NCBI GenBank assembly: GCA_964016885.1
Contig: OZ024752.1
Span: 21,886,001 to 21,950,000, forward strand
Direction: 5' to 3'
DNA: 64,000 bases
Origin: Eledone cirrhosa
Lineage: Eukaryota
Shown: piece after piece, positions 48,072-61,468 of the stretch
Numbering within the stretch: position 1 is the first letter of the stretch
How the letters are laid out: every line of letters begins with the position of its first letter
The notes under the pieces: model-generated
Seen by the model: only the letters and a program-made list of their open reading frames with translations
The model's database searches: none
What the model was told of the DNA's origin: nothing
Program-made: the position numbers and the translations under genes

Positions 48072-50875
48072 TCATCATCATCATTTTACGTCCGCTTTTC
48101 CTTGCTTGCAAGGGTGGGGTGGTCCTTTTCAGCACAGCATCTCTCTATTCGTCACGGTCCCTCGTCATCTCCTCTGTGAGCTTCAATGATCTGAGGTCAG
48201 CTCTCACCACCTCTGCCCATGTTTTTTATGGTCTTCCTTTACCAGGTTTTTCTTGGCACTTCTTCACCCAGCATTCATCTTTTATGCGCATTACATGGTC
48301 ATACCAATGCAGTCTTCTCTACCGCACACTCCAGTTTATCCTTCTTATACAGAGTTTCACTCTCAACTCATCTATGCTTGGTCATTCATGCACATTGACA
48401 TTGCACATCCATCGGAGCATGTTTGCTTCATTTCTCTCCAGCCGTCGCATATCTACCACAGTTGCTGCCCATGTCTTACAACCATGCAGCATCCTGCATC
48501 TCGCACAGGCATCATACAACCTACCTTTCGTTTGTAGGGAGAAATCCTTCTTTGTCAACAGAGGAAGCAGCTCCCTAAACTTCTTCCATCCTGTCCTTAT
48601 TCTAGATACTATGGCCTCAGAGCACCCTCCTCTCTTGCTAATCTGTTCACCTAGGTATCAGAAGCTATCAACCACCTCTATAGATCCTACCTGTATTTGA
48701 AAAATGTGTCTATCACTGACTTCTACTGTCAAATTTCCCTGAACATCTACTGCATATGTAGTTTTCCCTTCCTGTTAGTTTGCCTGCTATCCCACATCTT
48801 TTGTTATTCAAAATCTGCATTGTGTACGTTCTATAGAGTTTATGCCAACTCCTTTTCTACATATCAAACGTGGCCATTTCCCTGATGGAATAAGAGTTTT
48901 GTCCCCTTTTCTACTCATCAGCACTTTAGTCTTTGCTAGGTTCACTCTCAGTCCTCTTGATTCCAACTGCTGATTCCATAGCCAGAATTTATTCTCTAGC
49001 TCCTCTACTGATTCTGCTATAAGAACCAGATCGTCAGCATAGAGAAGTTCCCATGGGCAACCAGTCTGAAACTCCTCTGTTATGGCTTGGAGAACTATAA
49101 TGAACAAGAGTGGGCTGAGAACCGAACCCTGTTGCTCTCCTACTTGTATCTGGAATTCCTCACTAAACTCCATTCCTATTCTCACTTTACTGACAGCAAC
49201 TCTGAACAAAGCTTGCACTGTCCTCACAAGCCATTCCTCTACACCTAGTTTCCTTAGGGACCACCAGGTGACAGATCGGAGTACTCTATCAAAGGCCTTC
49301 TCTAGGTCAACAAAAGCTGAGTATAGTGGCTTATTCTTCTCTAAGAACCTCTCTTGTAGGTGTCTCACCAAGAAGAGGGCATCTGTTGTACTTTTCTCAG
49401 GCACAACACCAAACTGCATCTCATCTAATTTGACTCTTTCTCTAATTAATTGTGCTAGCACTTTTTCTGTTACTTTCATAACCTGATCCATTAGTTTTAT
49501 GCCCCTATAATTGTTCCTCTCCAGAGCATCCTCTTTACCTTTGTAGCAATTTACAAGAATACTGCTGCACCAGTCTTTGGGTATGACTCCGCCATATATA
49601 GCTTGGTTGACTATGCATGCAACCAGTTTAGTTCCTACTTCTCCTGATGCCTTCAGCATCTCAGCAACTATCCTTGATGGTCCAGTGGCCTTACCACTTT
49701 TCATTTCCTTAATTGCCTCTTTGACCCTATATTCATCAATCTCAATAGCTGGTCCCTATGTTGAGTCTGTTGGGGCTAGTTTCTCTCTCCCATTTCCAGG
49801 TCTCCTTTTTCTGAGCAGCAATGACGCTAAGTGCACCAGCATAATTTCGGACACACTTATCTCCAACAACATCCTGATTTACACTGACACACTGCCTTGC
49901 AATGTGGAACACCTCACGTCTCTGATCCTCTCATCGCAGAACATTGGCAAACCTCCTACTCTCAGCTTCCCTTCGTGCTAACTACACCTGATGTCTAGCC
50001 TCTCTTTTAGCGGTTGAGTATCAGTCTCTACTCCCACCATTTTTCCAAGCCTTCCATGCTAGTCTTTTGTCTCTAATGGCTCTATCTACCTTGCTGTTCC
50101 ACTACCAGGTCACCCTCTGTCTGGTTGGAGCTTTACTCAAGCCACAAGTCTCTTCAGTTGCTTGCAGTAAGTTGTCACGTAAGAACTTCCAGATCTTCTA
50201 TGTCATACAATTCTAATTCATCTTCTTTCTCGTCATACACATCTGAAGGGCTTTCCTAAATTTATATTTAAGTGAAAGGTCTTTTAGCTGCCAGACCTTC
50301 CTTTTCACTACCTTCCTATATGTCTCATTCTGTCTCTTGCTTATTGAGATGTCACTAACGACTAATCTATGTTGGGGGTTACATTCTTCCCCAGGGTATG
50401 CCTTAATATTCGAAACCATCTGTCTGTCTCGTTGCCTAACTAGCAAGAAGTCAATCTGGCTTATGTGCTCGCTGGCAGGTTTCCTGAAGTTGCAAATGGT
50501 TAGTGCATTTGCATCACAAAATTCAAGAAGCCTCATTCCTTCGTTTCTTAAGCCATAACCATAACCACCATGTACTCCAGAATGGATACAGGTCATTGAA
50601 GTCACCTGCTAGTATAATTAGGTGTCTGTCTTCTGTCATTGTGATTGTTTCTAGAAGTTGCTTGTAAAAGCAGTCCTTCTGTTCATTACCTAGGCCCGCT
50701 TGGGGAGCATAGGTAGAGATGTAGGCAGTCTCTTGCCTACAACTAATCTAATTTTAATTTTTCTATTACTGAATCTAACTACCTCTATTGTCTTATTGAT
50801 CCACCTCTCGGCCAGTAAAATGCCTACCCCACCTAACCCATCATCATTTCCTACCCAGAGAAGCTTATAGCTAAG
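48072..50875 (-). mobile_element. Decayed RTE-clade LINE (subfamily 1): APE endonuclease, reverse transcriptase, PHD-like Cys/His finger, (ATG)n tail
   Basis: GGVGILL, SQIDFLL and QHRLVV (APE); NYRGIKL, FVDLEKAFD, QGSVLSP and LLYADD (RT; ORF 48808-49704); C-terminal TGWKKFRELLPLL; multiple stops and frameshifts; tail ggacgtaaaatgatgatg. Confidence 0.93.
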
Positions 50876-50901
50876 CTGTTGCCTGCAGCATACATCCATA
50901 T

Positions 50902-51662
50902 ATCATCATCATCATCATCATCATCGTTTAACGTCTATCTTCCATGCTAGCATGGGTTTAGACGGGACTTGTCCCACGTGAGGCAAGATTGGTTGTCTTG
51001 CTATTATAGGACTGTCTGGCAGGTTTTCTACAGCTGGATGCCCTTCCTAACACCAACCATGTTTACAGTGTGGACTGGGAGGTTTTTACCGTGTTACCTA
51101 CACAGCCACATTACAGTGTGGACTGTGTGTTTTTTGTCGTGACACCTACACGACCTCCTTTATTTAGGACTGGATGTTGTGGCACCAACATAACTTTACA
51201 GAGAAAGGGGTGGTGTAGATGGGGGTGGGGTTAGGGGTAGTGGGATGGGGGTGTATTTTTGGTTAGGAGGTGCCTACTGACTGTAGGTTTCACTTTGTAC
51301 TTAGGCAAGGCGGGTTTTCTGTATTACTGCGTGCCGCCAAAATCACGGTCCAGTGACATTGTCTTGGAGAGGTGTAAGTGTGTAAGGTCAGAATTTATCA
51401 AATCGTCCCAGGTTTTTCTGGGTCTACCTACTCCATAGCTTCCATCTATTTTGATCGCCCTGCACTTTTTTATACAGCTGTTGTCTTTCATGCATATCAC
51501 TTGACCATACCAACGTAGTCATCTCTCAAGTAAACAGCATCTGATCCCTCTTATTCCTAATTTCTCACTTAGTTCATTTATGCTTTGCCGTTCACGTATA
51601 TTACTATTACACATCCAACGGAGCATGCAAGCTTCGTTCCTCTCCAGTCTGCGCAGATCCTC
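50902..51662 (-). mobile_element. 5'-truncated RTE LINE (subfamily 2) with long 3' UTR
   Basis: (cat)n tail, ~450-bp UTR, then RTE C-terminal coding (RNEACMLRWMC..LRWYG..GRPRKTW); parallels 61469-62610. Confidence 0.85.
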
Positions 51663-51759
51663 ATATATGTTTTAACTATAATATATATATATATATACAT
51701 ACACATATATACACACACATATATACACACACACACATATATATATATATATGAAAGTC

Positions 51760-51927
51760 TGAGACGAGCTTACATACTGAGGCATATCTGAAGATCTTTC
51801 GATTCCAGAGTCAGGTTCAATCAATAATAGATCGTTCCTCGAGCTGATCAACAGTGAAACATATGTAATATGTTATTAAATATGTTATGATGCAACACTG
51901 ACTCTTTATTCCTTTATTCTTATACTA
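51760..51927. mobile_element. Partial copy (centre plus right arm) of the 44274-44556 hairpin element
   Basis: gagacga..catatctga..ctttcgatt.cagagtcaggtt..cgagctgatc..agtgaaacatat..gatgcaacactga; flanked by (TA)n. Confidence 0.75.
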
Positions 51928-52415
51928 TATATATATACACACACCATACATTTTCTATATTAATCCTTCTCTTATTTTCTACACAAGAATATATTCCATG
52001 GAAATATATAATAAGCTCAGTCGTTGTCTCTAGGTCTACCTGCTTTACTTTCTCAGTTAAACACACAATCAATCCCATTTCATACAAACAAAGCCACAAA
52101 TACAATATTTCTACCTTCCAGAAGTTCACCAATACTAAAAGGTTTACCAGAAAAACCAGTGTTGCTCTATTAATTTTAATACTGGTTTCTTAAACCTGTT
52201 TAGAGTTGTTTAACATAAAAATGTTGCTCTTTTTATTTTATTTCTAATAAACAATGTGGTTTATTTCCAGCCATATTTGAATTGTTGAATTGAATCCTAA
52301 CTATCTCACATTACACACACAAACACACATATATAAATATGTGTGTGTATCATAACCATCATTTTAAATCCACTTTTCCATGATTGCATAGATACAGATA
52401 AATATATACATACAT

Positions 52416-52481
<66 letters not shown>

Positions 52482-52535
52482 ATTATTATTATATTGGATG
52501 GTGGATTGGATGGTGGATTATTATATTAGATTGGA

Positions 52536-52735
52536 TGGTGGATTGGCAGTATCGGTAGAGGGTCGGACGCCATGCTTTCCAGCATAGTTACGTCCCTTTA
52601 CGATCTGAGTTCAAATCTCACCGAGGTTGACTTTGCCTTTCATCCTTACGGGGGTCGATAAAATAAAGTACCAGTAATGCACTGGGTAATTGCTGGCCTT
52701 GTGCCTAAAGTAGAAACAATTATTATTATTATTAT
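52536..52735 (+). mobile_element. SINE family A, full length
   Basis: A-box-like tggcagtatcggt, B-box-like gagttcaaatc, core gtcgataaaataaagtaccagt, (att)n tail. Confidence 0.85.
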
Positions 52736-53077
52736 ATTATTATATTTGGGGAGGGTCATATTGTTATAATATTGCCAGAAATAATAATAAAACACACTCA
52801 CTGTTTGGTTTGGATTGGTTTTTGCTTCTGTATATTTTATATCTCTATAGTTAATTTAGCATGCAATCAATGTTTATCATTGATTGACCAACGATTAAAG
52901 ATATAGATTAAAATATATATAGTCTATGAAAGTTCTTTCATCACACACCTGTGACATCATCAGTGGTATTATTATGTTTCCTCCCGTTGTATTGCATCGC
53001 TTATGTTGGACAAATACAAAAGCGTATTATACATTAGTATATATATATATATATGTATATAAAAGTATATATATAGA

Positions 53078-53260
53078 GTCGATCGACTTTCGTCAAATCG
53101 GACCGAGGAAATAATGTTTCTGTTGGTCTTTCCACATACTATCTATCGGTCACAACTCCAGGTAGGAGGAGTAACGTGAAATAAAGTGTCTTGCTCAAGG
53201 ACATAACGTATTGCCCAGTCGAGGAATCAAACTCACAACTTCACGATTGCGAATCCAAAA
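53078..53260 (-). mobile_element. SINE family B, head truncated
   Basis: Aligns with 47597-47775. Confidence 0.75.
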
Positions 53261-53271
53261 TCCATAGAGCA

Positions 53272-53398
53272 AATATTTATTAAAATAACAGATTAAAGTT
53301 TAAGCAAAGGATCGCTGCTTTCACCCTTAACAGGATCTTCTGAAACTTCAGAAGATCCCGTTAAGGGAGAAACTTTAATCTGATATTTTAACAAATAT
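53272..53398. repeat. ~125-bp near-perfect hairpin
   Basis: cccttaacaggatcttctgaa-ac-ttcagaagatcccgttaaggg, extended by cagattaaagttt/aaactttaatctg. Confidence 0.85.
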
Positions 53399-53434
53399 AT
53401 ATGTATATATATATAAATAAATAAATAAATAAAT

Positions 53435-53790
53435 AATTGTTTCTACTTTAGGCACAAGGCCAGCAATTACCCAGTGCATTACTGGTACTTTAATTTATCG
53501 ACCCCGTAAGGATGAAAAGCAATTTGAACTCAGATCATAAAGGGACGTAACTATGCTGGAAAGCATGGCGTCCGACCCTCCACCGATACTGCCAATCCAA
53601 TAAATAATTGTTTCTACTATTGGCACAAGGCCAGCAATAACCCAGTACATTACTGGTACTTTATTTTATCGACCCCGTAAGGATGAAAGGCAAAGTTAAC
53701 CTCGGCGAGATTTGAACACAGAATGGCAAGGGCCGTAACTCTATGCGTCAAAGCATGGTGTCCGACACTCTACCGATACTGCCAATCCAC
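53435..53790 (-). mobile_element. Two tandem SINE family A copies
   Basis: 53435-53598 and 53605-53790, each ttgtttctact...actgccaatcca. Confidence 0.85.
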
Positions 53791-53942
53791 AATGCTCTGT
53801 AAATCAACTGATGTTCTTACATTGAGCTATTTCTCTTACTTTTAATAAGGTAGTAGGAAATTTCTGACCTTCCTGTTTGTAGTTGTTTATACTATATACA
53901 TAACTATAAATAGTATTATTATGTATATATATATATATATAT

Positions 53943-54964
53943 ATAATATTAATAGATGGAAAATATCTTTATAAAATCATATTTATTTTATTATACGTAT
54001 TTCAAGAGTACTAATATTTAAGTACGCTTTCATCAGATAAAATATAATAATTGGTGTTAAGATAGTGACATATCTTCATGTGAACTTAATGTTATAAGTT
54101 CAGTGATGATAGTGAATATAATTTTTCAAAACTCAGGGGAAATATGCTAATGAGAATAACATTAAAACTGAAAAGATCCGTTAAGTTTAGACTCTAGATA
54201 GATTTTAAATATTTATCTAAATTTTTGAAAAAAATATTATAGAGTTATTTTAGAATTATTTATAGTAAAGACATTATTGTATATCGTTATTAAAAAAAAA
54301 TATTTAGTACATAAATAACTATATAGAACAATGTCTTATTATTAACTGCACTCATCATAATATTAAAATATATGTGAAAAATATATCCACTCGTATATCT
54401 AAATACAGGGTATCTTTCACATATTATATTGTTGTCATTGCTGTAATAAATTAATAGTTCTCAATTTAATACAATAGATTATAATTCTCACCTAAATATT
54501 ATAAATACTTCCTTATTCTTAAAATATATATATTTTTTAAATAAAATAAATAAATAAATATAATTATATCATTCTTTCTATACCCATGTAAATATGTTTG
54601 GGTGTATATATGCATATTTCTATAAATAATTCTAAAATAACTCTACAATATTTTTTCAAATTTAATAGCAAACCCTTTAAAAAAATTTAGATAAATATTT
54701 AAAATCTATCTAGAGTCAAAACTTAACGGATTTTTTCAGTTTTAATGTTATCCTCATTAGCATATTTCCCCTGAGTTTTGAAAAGTTATATTCACTATCT
54801 TCACTAAACTTATAACATGAAGTTCACATGAAGATATGTCACTATCTTTACACCAATTATTGTATTTTATCTGACGAAAGCATACTTAAATATTAGTACC
54901 CTTGAAATACGTATAATAAAATAAATATGATTTTATAAAGATATTTTCCATTTATTAATATTAT
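53943..54964. mobile_element. AT-rich foldback element with ~320-bp inverted arms and ~355-bp spacer
   Basis: 53943-54265 is the reverse complement of 54620-54964 (e.g. gatagtgacatatcttcatgtgaactt / aagttcacatgaagatatgtcactatc). Confidence 0.9.
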
Positions 54965-55084
54965 TGATATTAATGATACTCCGGATAAAACCGTTGAGTG
55001 CTTCTAATCTGTTGTAAAATTAACTTTGTTGAATAATCAACAAACCAAATAACTCATTGTTTATATATATATATATATATACAC

Positions 55085-55285
55085 ATCATCATCATCAGCA
55101 GCATTTAACGTCCATCTTCCACGCTAGCATGGGTTGGACGGTTTTGTCCCACTTGAGGCAAGATTGGTCAGGAGACCGTGTCTCGCTCATACAGAACTGT
55201 TTCTAACAGGTTTTCTACAGCTGGATGCCCTTCCTAACACCAAGCACATTTATAGTGTGGACTGAGAGCCTTTTTACCGTGTCTC
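55085..55285 (-). mobile_element. Isolated RTE subfamily-2 3' end or a SINE sharing that tail
   Basis: (cat)n-tttaacgtcca..gctagcatgggtt..gtcccacttgaggcaagatt..gctggatgcccttcctaacacc, as at 50902 and 61469. Confidence 0.75.
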
Positions 55286-55557
55286 CTACATGACCACTTT
55301 ACATATATATGTTGGTTGAATGTTCAATACAGAGCCTGACCACTCATTTCACAAGACCATTTCCAGCATGGTGTCTCATGTGGCTTTTTAAATCAGGTAT
55401 GGAAGTAAAAGGTTGTCACACAAATTACAGGTAAGTTTTGGCAAAGACACATATATACATACATACATATATATATACTTCGTTATCGTAACTAACCTTA
55501 CATAGATCGATAACGATGTATTATCATCACCTAGAAACGATCGTAAAGCAGTGAAGT

Positions 55558-55622
<65 letters not shown>

Positions 55623-55657
55623 CAAGAAACAAAGCAGACTGTGGTTACTGTAAACAA

Positions 55658-56197
55658 AGTTTAAGATGCTAATAGGGATGAAACAAGAGAAAAAACCCTT
55701 CATCAGCTGTTAACTGCAGATCATAAATGTTTCGGCGCTTAAAACAGGACATCAAAATCGATCAGCAGCATGCCCAAGGCCTTTTATCAATCAAGAGGCC
55801 ATGAGGGAAAGAAAAGATAAGATAGTGAAGAGAGAGGAAGAAAGAGTAAAAAGAAAAGAGGAAAAAACGAAGTAAACTAACCGAATGGAGGAGGGGGCAG
55901 ACAATGGCACAAGTGAGTAACTGAGGAGAAAATAGAAAAAGTTACAATGAACTGATTGGATTTGAGTCATGTGGTCAATATAACTGCGGAGCGAGGTTTT
56001 TCTGTGTGATCTCAGCAAAGTGAGTGTAGATAGAGAGAGAGAGATAGACGGAGAAACCGGAAGTGAGAGGGAGAAGGGAAAGGGAGCGTGCTGCTGATCG
56101 ATTTCGATGTCCTGTTTTAAGCGCCGAAACATCTATGATCTGCAGTTAACAGCTGATGAAGGGCTTCTTCTCTTGTTTCATCCCTATTATCATCTTA

Positions 56198-56201
<4 letters not shown>
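55658..56201. mobile_element. MITE-like element with ~115-bp terminal inverted repeats and a purine-rich core
   Basis: agtttaagatg..agggatgaaacaagaga..cagctgttaactgcagatcat..atcgatcagcagca pairs with 56088-56201; followed by (TA)n. Confidence 0.88.
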
Positions 56202-56238
<37 letters not shown>

Positions 56239-56943
56239 TATATCGTTTAAGGTTATCTAAGGCCTGATTATGAGTAATCTGTACCGAGGGATATTTTAAC
56301 GTGCGGTGCCAATTGACTCAACAAGGTTTTTTGGAGGGTCGATTCTGAAAAGTTCCGTGATTAGTAGTTCTTGGAGTATTAATAACAGGTAAAGGATGAT
56401 TAACATGGATAAGCGATATAATAGGGTTTTATTCCAAGCATTAACATATGTTTCATTGCTTAATGTGCAATTAATTAATTATGTCTTGAAATCGCTATCA
56501 TCAATAGTTGATTGGTTATTGCAAAATTCGATTTTAAATACACAGAATGATGCAGTCACTAGGTGAATTATCAAAACACTGATCATGGAATCAGCGATAC
56601 AATGGTTTTATACCAAATAACATAAACATCAAGATGAAAAATAAAATAAACTGAGAGAAAATTATATATTTGAGAGGTAATAAAAGATTGGAATATCACT
56701 TGGGTAAAAACAAGATAGGGAAGCTTAAAATATACATAACAGATTAAAAAAATAAAAAATAGAAAATAGAAAATAAAAAATACGGAGCATATGAGCAGGT
56801 TTTAATTAGCTTTGCCTTGTCAGCTTGATAGGCTGATAATGATATTAATTAGCCATCAATTATCTATAATCTAATTATGTATTGTGATATGAAAATGTGT
56901 ATTATAATTAATTGTAAGTTATATATTTAATATTTCATAATTG

Positions 56944-57146
56944 AAGGTATGTGGATAGGTGATTAGGGAATTGGACTCGCAATTGTGAAATTGTGAGTTT
57001 GATTCCTGGGCTGAGCGATGCATTATGTCCTTGAGCATGATGCTTTATTTCCTGTTGCCCTTTCTGCCAGGAGTTGCAACTTATAGATAATATCTTGAAT
57101 TGATAAGACTAATTTGTTTCCTTGGTCCAATCTGACAAGTTCCACC
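56944..57146 (+). mobile_element. SINE family B (degenerate)
   Basis: gagtttgattcc, ccttgagca..tttatttc, tgtttccttggtccaatctgacaagttccac. Confidence 0.65.
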
Positions 57147-58199
57147 CAACTTGGTAAAGGAATGATGTCTCTCTCTCCCTCTCTGAAGAAGGACAAGCAT
57201 CTGAAACTTTAGATTCCTCTTCTTCCTCACATCATAAAACATATTCCAGTGTTTGAACTATAAGCAACTCTTAATCCAGCAAAACAACTGCCATTTATTT
57301 TATCAACCCCAAGCTAATGTGGTGGTTGTTTGTCCTGCGAAAATTTGCAGCTAAATCTCCCTCAAATCATTGTGTTCAGAATAGAAAAGACACATTAGAT
57401 AAGTAATCCTATATGGCCCTAAAAAGACAGAATGGTCTTGAACATAGGTTTGCTCAATCTGAGGTTAAACTACAAGCCTGAGCCAATAAATAATACTCTG
57501 TGTGGTCATTCGACCTGCTAGAAATAGCATACAAGCCTCCCTCAAATCACACCTTACTATCTTATATAAGGAAAGGATACATTGTATAAGGTAGTCATAG
57601 ATACTGCATAAAATGACAAGCTCCCAAGGGTGTGTGGCCTTAAGCTATAGCTTATAGGTAAGTCCAGTTCTGCTAGAGAATGAGTTGCAGGTGGCAGATA
57701 GCGATAAAGCCACTAGATATGATGGTTAATTGTGATATAAACGAGCAGCTGCCAGATGAATAAGTAACCCCAGACCAGCAGCGGTAAACTACTAGGAGAG
57801 ATGGAGCAATGGGGGACACCTGTAGCCCACAAGAAAACTCTCACAACCCAGTGATGTAGATATGGCACGGCAAGTAAAGGCTGCCTCTAAAAATGCCTAG
57901 TCTTTGCGGGTTTGAGAAAGTACCAGATTGGTGACTGGCACAAATAAGACTACCAAAACTCCAACTGCAATATGATGAGAGGTAAGAAAATGAATCATAA
58001 TTCATTGTCCTTCATGTGGGCTAACAAGGGATGCGTTCAGGTCTTAGTTAGAGGGATCTGTTTGAAAAACATATTGCAGTCACTATTTCAAGCCATAAAA
58101 ACTGGCAATTGGCAAGCGACCATTCCTGGAAGGTGTAGAATGGATGCATAAAGACTGCATACTCCAAGATTCCAAAGAGGGTTCAGAAAGGAGTAAACC

Positions 58200-58590
58200 A
58201 TGACAATTGGAACCTGGAACGTCCCAACCCTTACAGGTAAGGAGCAGGAACTAATGCAGGAGGCTAGATGTTACCAGCTAGTTATAGTCGGGGTTTCCTC
58301 AACAAAGTTCCATGGCTCTGGTACTGTAGATTTGAATGGAGGAAGGAAACTTCACTATTCTGGTGTGGCACCAGAAATGACTGCACAGGCAGGAGTGGGG
58401 GTACTCACAAGCCTCCTGCTGTTAGAATGTGTTATGGACTGGATACCATTAACCTCTTGGAGCTTAGGCTGAAAAATAGGTCTCTGTGGGTGGTGTAAGT
58501 TTATGCACCAAACAAAGAGTCCGAAAACAGATCCTCCTTCCTTGATGAAGTCACTGCAGCTTTAGATGTGGTTAAAACTGAAGTTGGAAT
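58200..58590 (+). pseudogene. RTE-clade LINE APE endonuclease N-terminal fragment; 57620-58199 may be its 5' UTR
   Basis: IGTWNV.TLTGKEQEL, IVGVSSTK, AGVGVL, then frameshifted VYAPN; truncated. Confidence 0.8.
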
Positions 58591-58845
58591 CATGAAAGAA
58601 AATATCCGAGTTTACGTTTCGCGTGTCTCAAATACAAATCAAAAGTAATCTGTACATGAAAACATTAATAAACAAAACTAACAAAACTATACAATAATGG
58701 AAGTATTTAAAAAAAGATAATTTCAACATAATTGTGATCTACATCAATGAAAATGTATCTCTGCAAATGTTCATCTAAACATGTGTATTATTAAGAAAGT
58801 TGTGCAGAAACAAAACATGCCTGGGGCACTAAGCTGTAGTTACTA

Positions 58846-59873
58846 TAAAATAAAGTACCAGTTTTTAAAATATAGTCCTATCTTTAAAATCTTTAAGATA
58901 TAGTTTCAATCGTTAAAATCTTTAAAATATTGTATCAATCTTTAAAATACAATACATATTTTTAAAGTAACAGTTTTTAAAATAAACTACAAGTCGTTAA
59001 AATATAAGACTAATATTTGAAATATAGTATCAATCTTTAAAATAGAGTACCAGTCTTTAAAATAAAGTACTAGTGTTAGAATAAAGTACTAATCTATAAA
59101 ATATAGGACTGATCTTTAAAATATAGTATCAGTGTTTAAAATATAGTACCAATGTTAAAAATATAGTATCAGTGTTTAAAATATAGTACCAGTGTTTAAA
59201 ATATAGTACCAATGTTTAAAATATAGTATCAGTATTTAAAATATAGTACCAGTGTTTAAAATATAGTACCAGTGTTTAAAATATAGTATCAGTGTTTAAA
59301 ATATAGTACCAGTGTTTAAAATATAGTACCAGTGTTTAAAATATAGTACCAGTGTTTAAAATATAGTACCAGTGTTTAAAATATAATACCAGTGTTTAAA
59401 ATATAGTATCAGTGTTTAAAATATAGTACCAGTGTTTAAAATATAGTACCAATGTTTAAAATATAGTACCAGTGTTTAAAATATAGTACCAGTGTTTAAA
59501 ATATAGTATCAGTGTTTAAAATATAGTATCAGTGTTTAAAATATAGTACCAGTGTTTAAAATATAGTACCAGTGTTTAAAATATAGTATCAGTGTTTAAA
59601 ATATAGTACCAGTGTTTAAAATATAGTACCAGTGTTTAAAATATAGTACCAGTGTTTAAAATATAGTACCAGTGTTTAAAATATAGTACCAGTGTTTAAA
59701 ATATAGTACCAGTGTTTAAAATATAATACCAGTGTTTAAAATATAGTATCAGTGTTTAAAATATAGTACCAGTGTTTAAAATATAGTACCAATGTTTAAA
59801 ATATAGTACCAGTGTTTAAAATATAGTACCAGTGTTTAAAATATAGTACCAGTGTTTAAAATATAGTACCAAT
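58846..59873. repeat. 20-bp minisatellite (atatagtaccagtgtttaaa), degenerate on the left and homogeneous on the right
   Basis: Exact period 20 from ~59120 to 59873. Confidence 0.96.
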
Positions 59874-60014
59874 GAAGAAGTGAGGTAGTTTTAATTGACT
59901 GTCGATCTGTGCCAACATACACCACCACAATACAGTCTAAACCCCACCCAGCCATATGACAGGTAAAGTGACATACAGTTATATCAATATTATTTTTCTG
60001 TGTAACACTTGTTT

Positions 60015-60314
<300 letters not shown>

Positions 60315-60315
<1 letters not shown>

Positions 60316-60405
60316 TACAATAAAGATGTATTTTAGTTTCACACTTAATATAGTAGGAAAAGTACTCTCACAGAATATGTGAGGGAATGTTAGGAATGTA
60401 TATAA

Positions 60406-60443
<38 letters not shown>

Positions 60444-60489
60444 GAAAGGTATAGAAAACATTGTAGCAAAAAGCCAACAGTATTCCATA

Positions 60490-60524
<35 letters not shown>

Positions 60525-61184
60525 TATATATATATATATATATAAGGAGACTGAGGTTAGCTGGACATGCTCACTGACATCCAGGGTTGACATTGCACTC
60601 AGTGCTCCTGTGGGAGCCCCTACATGGACACACTGGAAGAGGAAGACCAAGGTTAACGTATGTTAATGCCCGAGGGACAGACTCTGGTCTGTTGGAGACG
60701 CAGGACATGGCAGCAATAATGAGGGACAGAAACTGATATATATATATATATATGGCTTAGTGGTTAGAGCATTGGGCTTGCTATCGAAAGGTTGTGAGTT
60801 CAATTCTCGGACCGGGTGATGTGTTGTTTCCTTGAGCAAGACACTTTATTTCACGTTGCTCCAGTTTACTCAGCTGTAGAAATGAGTACCGGCCTGCCCG
60901 CCTAGCCAGTGGGATGGCGTTATCTTATGGCTAAAACAGCACGACGTGCTGTGACCAGCGGCGACGATTGCCGCCCGACAGACTGGTCGGTCAAGGTGAT
61001 CAAGGTGAGCAAACATCACGGACGCTCTATCTCAAAATTATTTTTGAAAAGCATTAGAAATGCGCAACCGGTAAAACTAAAAACCAAAACTCAATACTAA
61101 CCAATACTATTACTAATTCTCACTTATTCCTAATTAAACTATTTTTCACTGTGAACAATTTGTCAGCATTTTCTATTCCGTTTA

Positions 61185-61231
<47 letters not shown>

Positions 61232-61323
61232 TTATATACATTCGTAACATCCACTCACATATTCAGTGTGAGTACTTTTCCTACTATATTAAGTGTGAAA
61301 CTAATATACATCTTTATTGTACT
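60315..61323. repeat. Inverted repeat pair (60315-60470 / 61160-61323) enclosing a SINE
   Basis: gtacaataaagatgta..agtttcacacttaatatagtaggaaaagtactc pairs with gagtacttttcctactatattaagtgtgaaact..tacatctttattgtac. Confidence 0.85.
60753..61000 (+). mobile_element. tRNA-derived SINE
   Basis: tggcttagtggttag (A box), gagttcaattc (B box), ccttgagcaagacactttatttcacgttgctccagt. Confidence 0.8.
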
Positions 61324-61468
61324 TCTTTGTAGGTTAACTTTTCACACACACACATGCTATATATATAGGCTTGCTGAACACACACACATGCTATATATAT
61401 AGGCTTGCTGAACACACAAGCCGAAACCGCTTGTCACCGCAGTCGAGATTTTACACATCTCTCTTTAT

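Noticed and set aside
52536-52625. tRNA genes at A/B-box motifs (also 5296, 46175, 60753)
   Set aside because: The boxes belong to SINE heads followed by conserved SINE bodies; no full cloverleaf could be built
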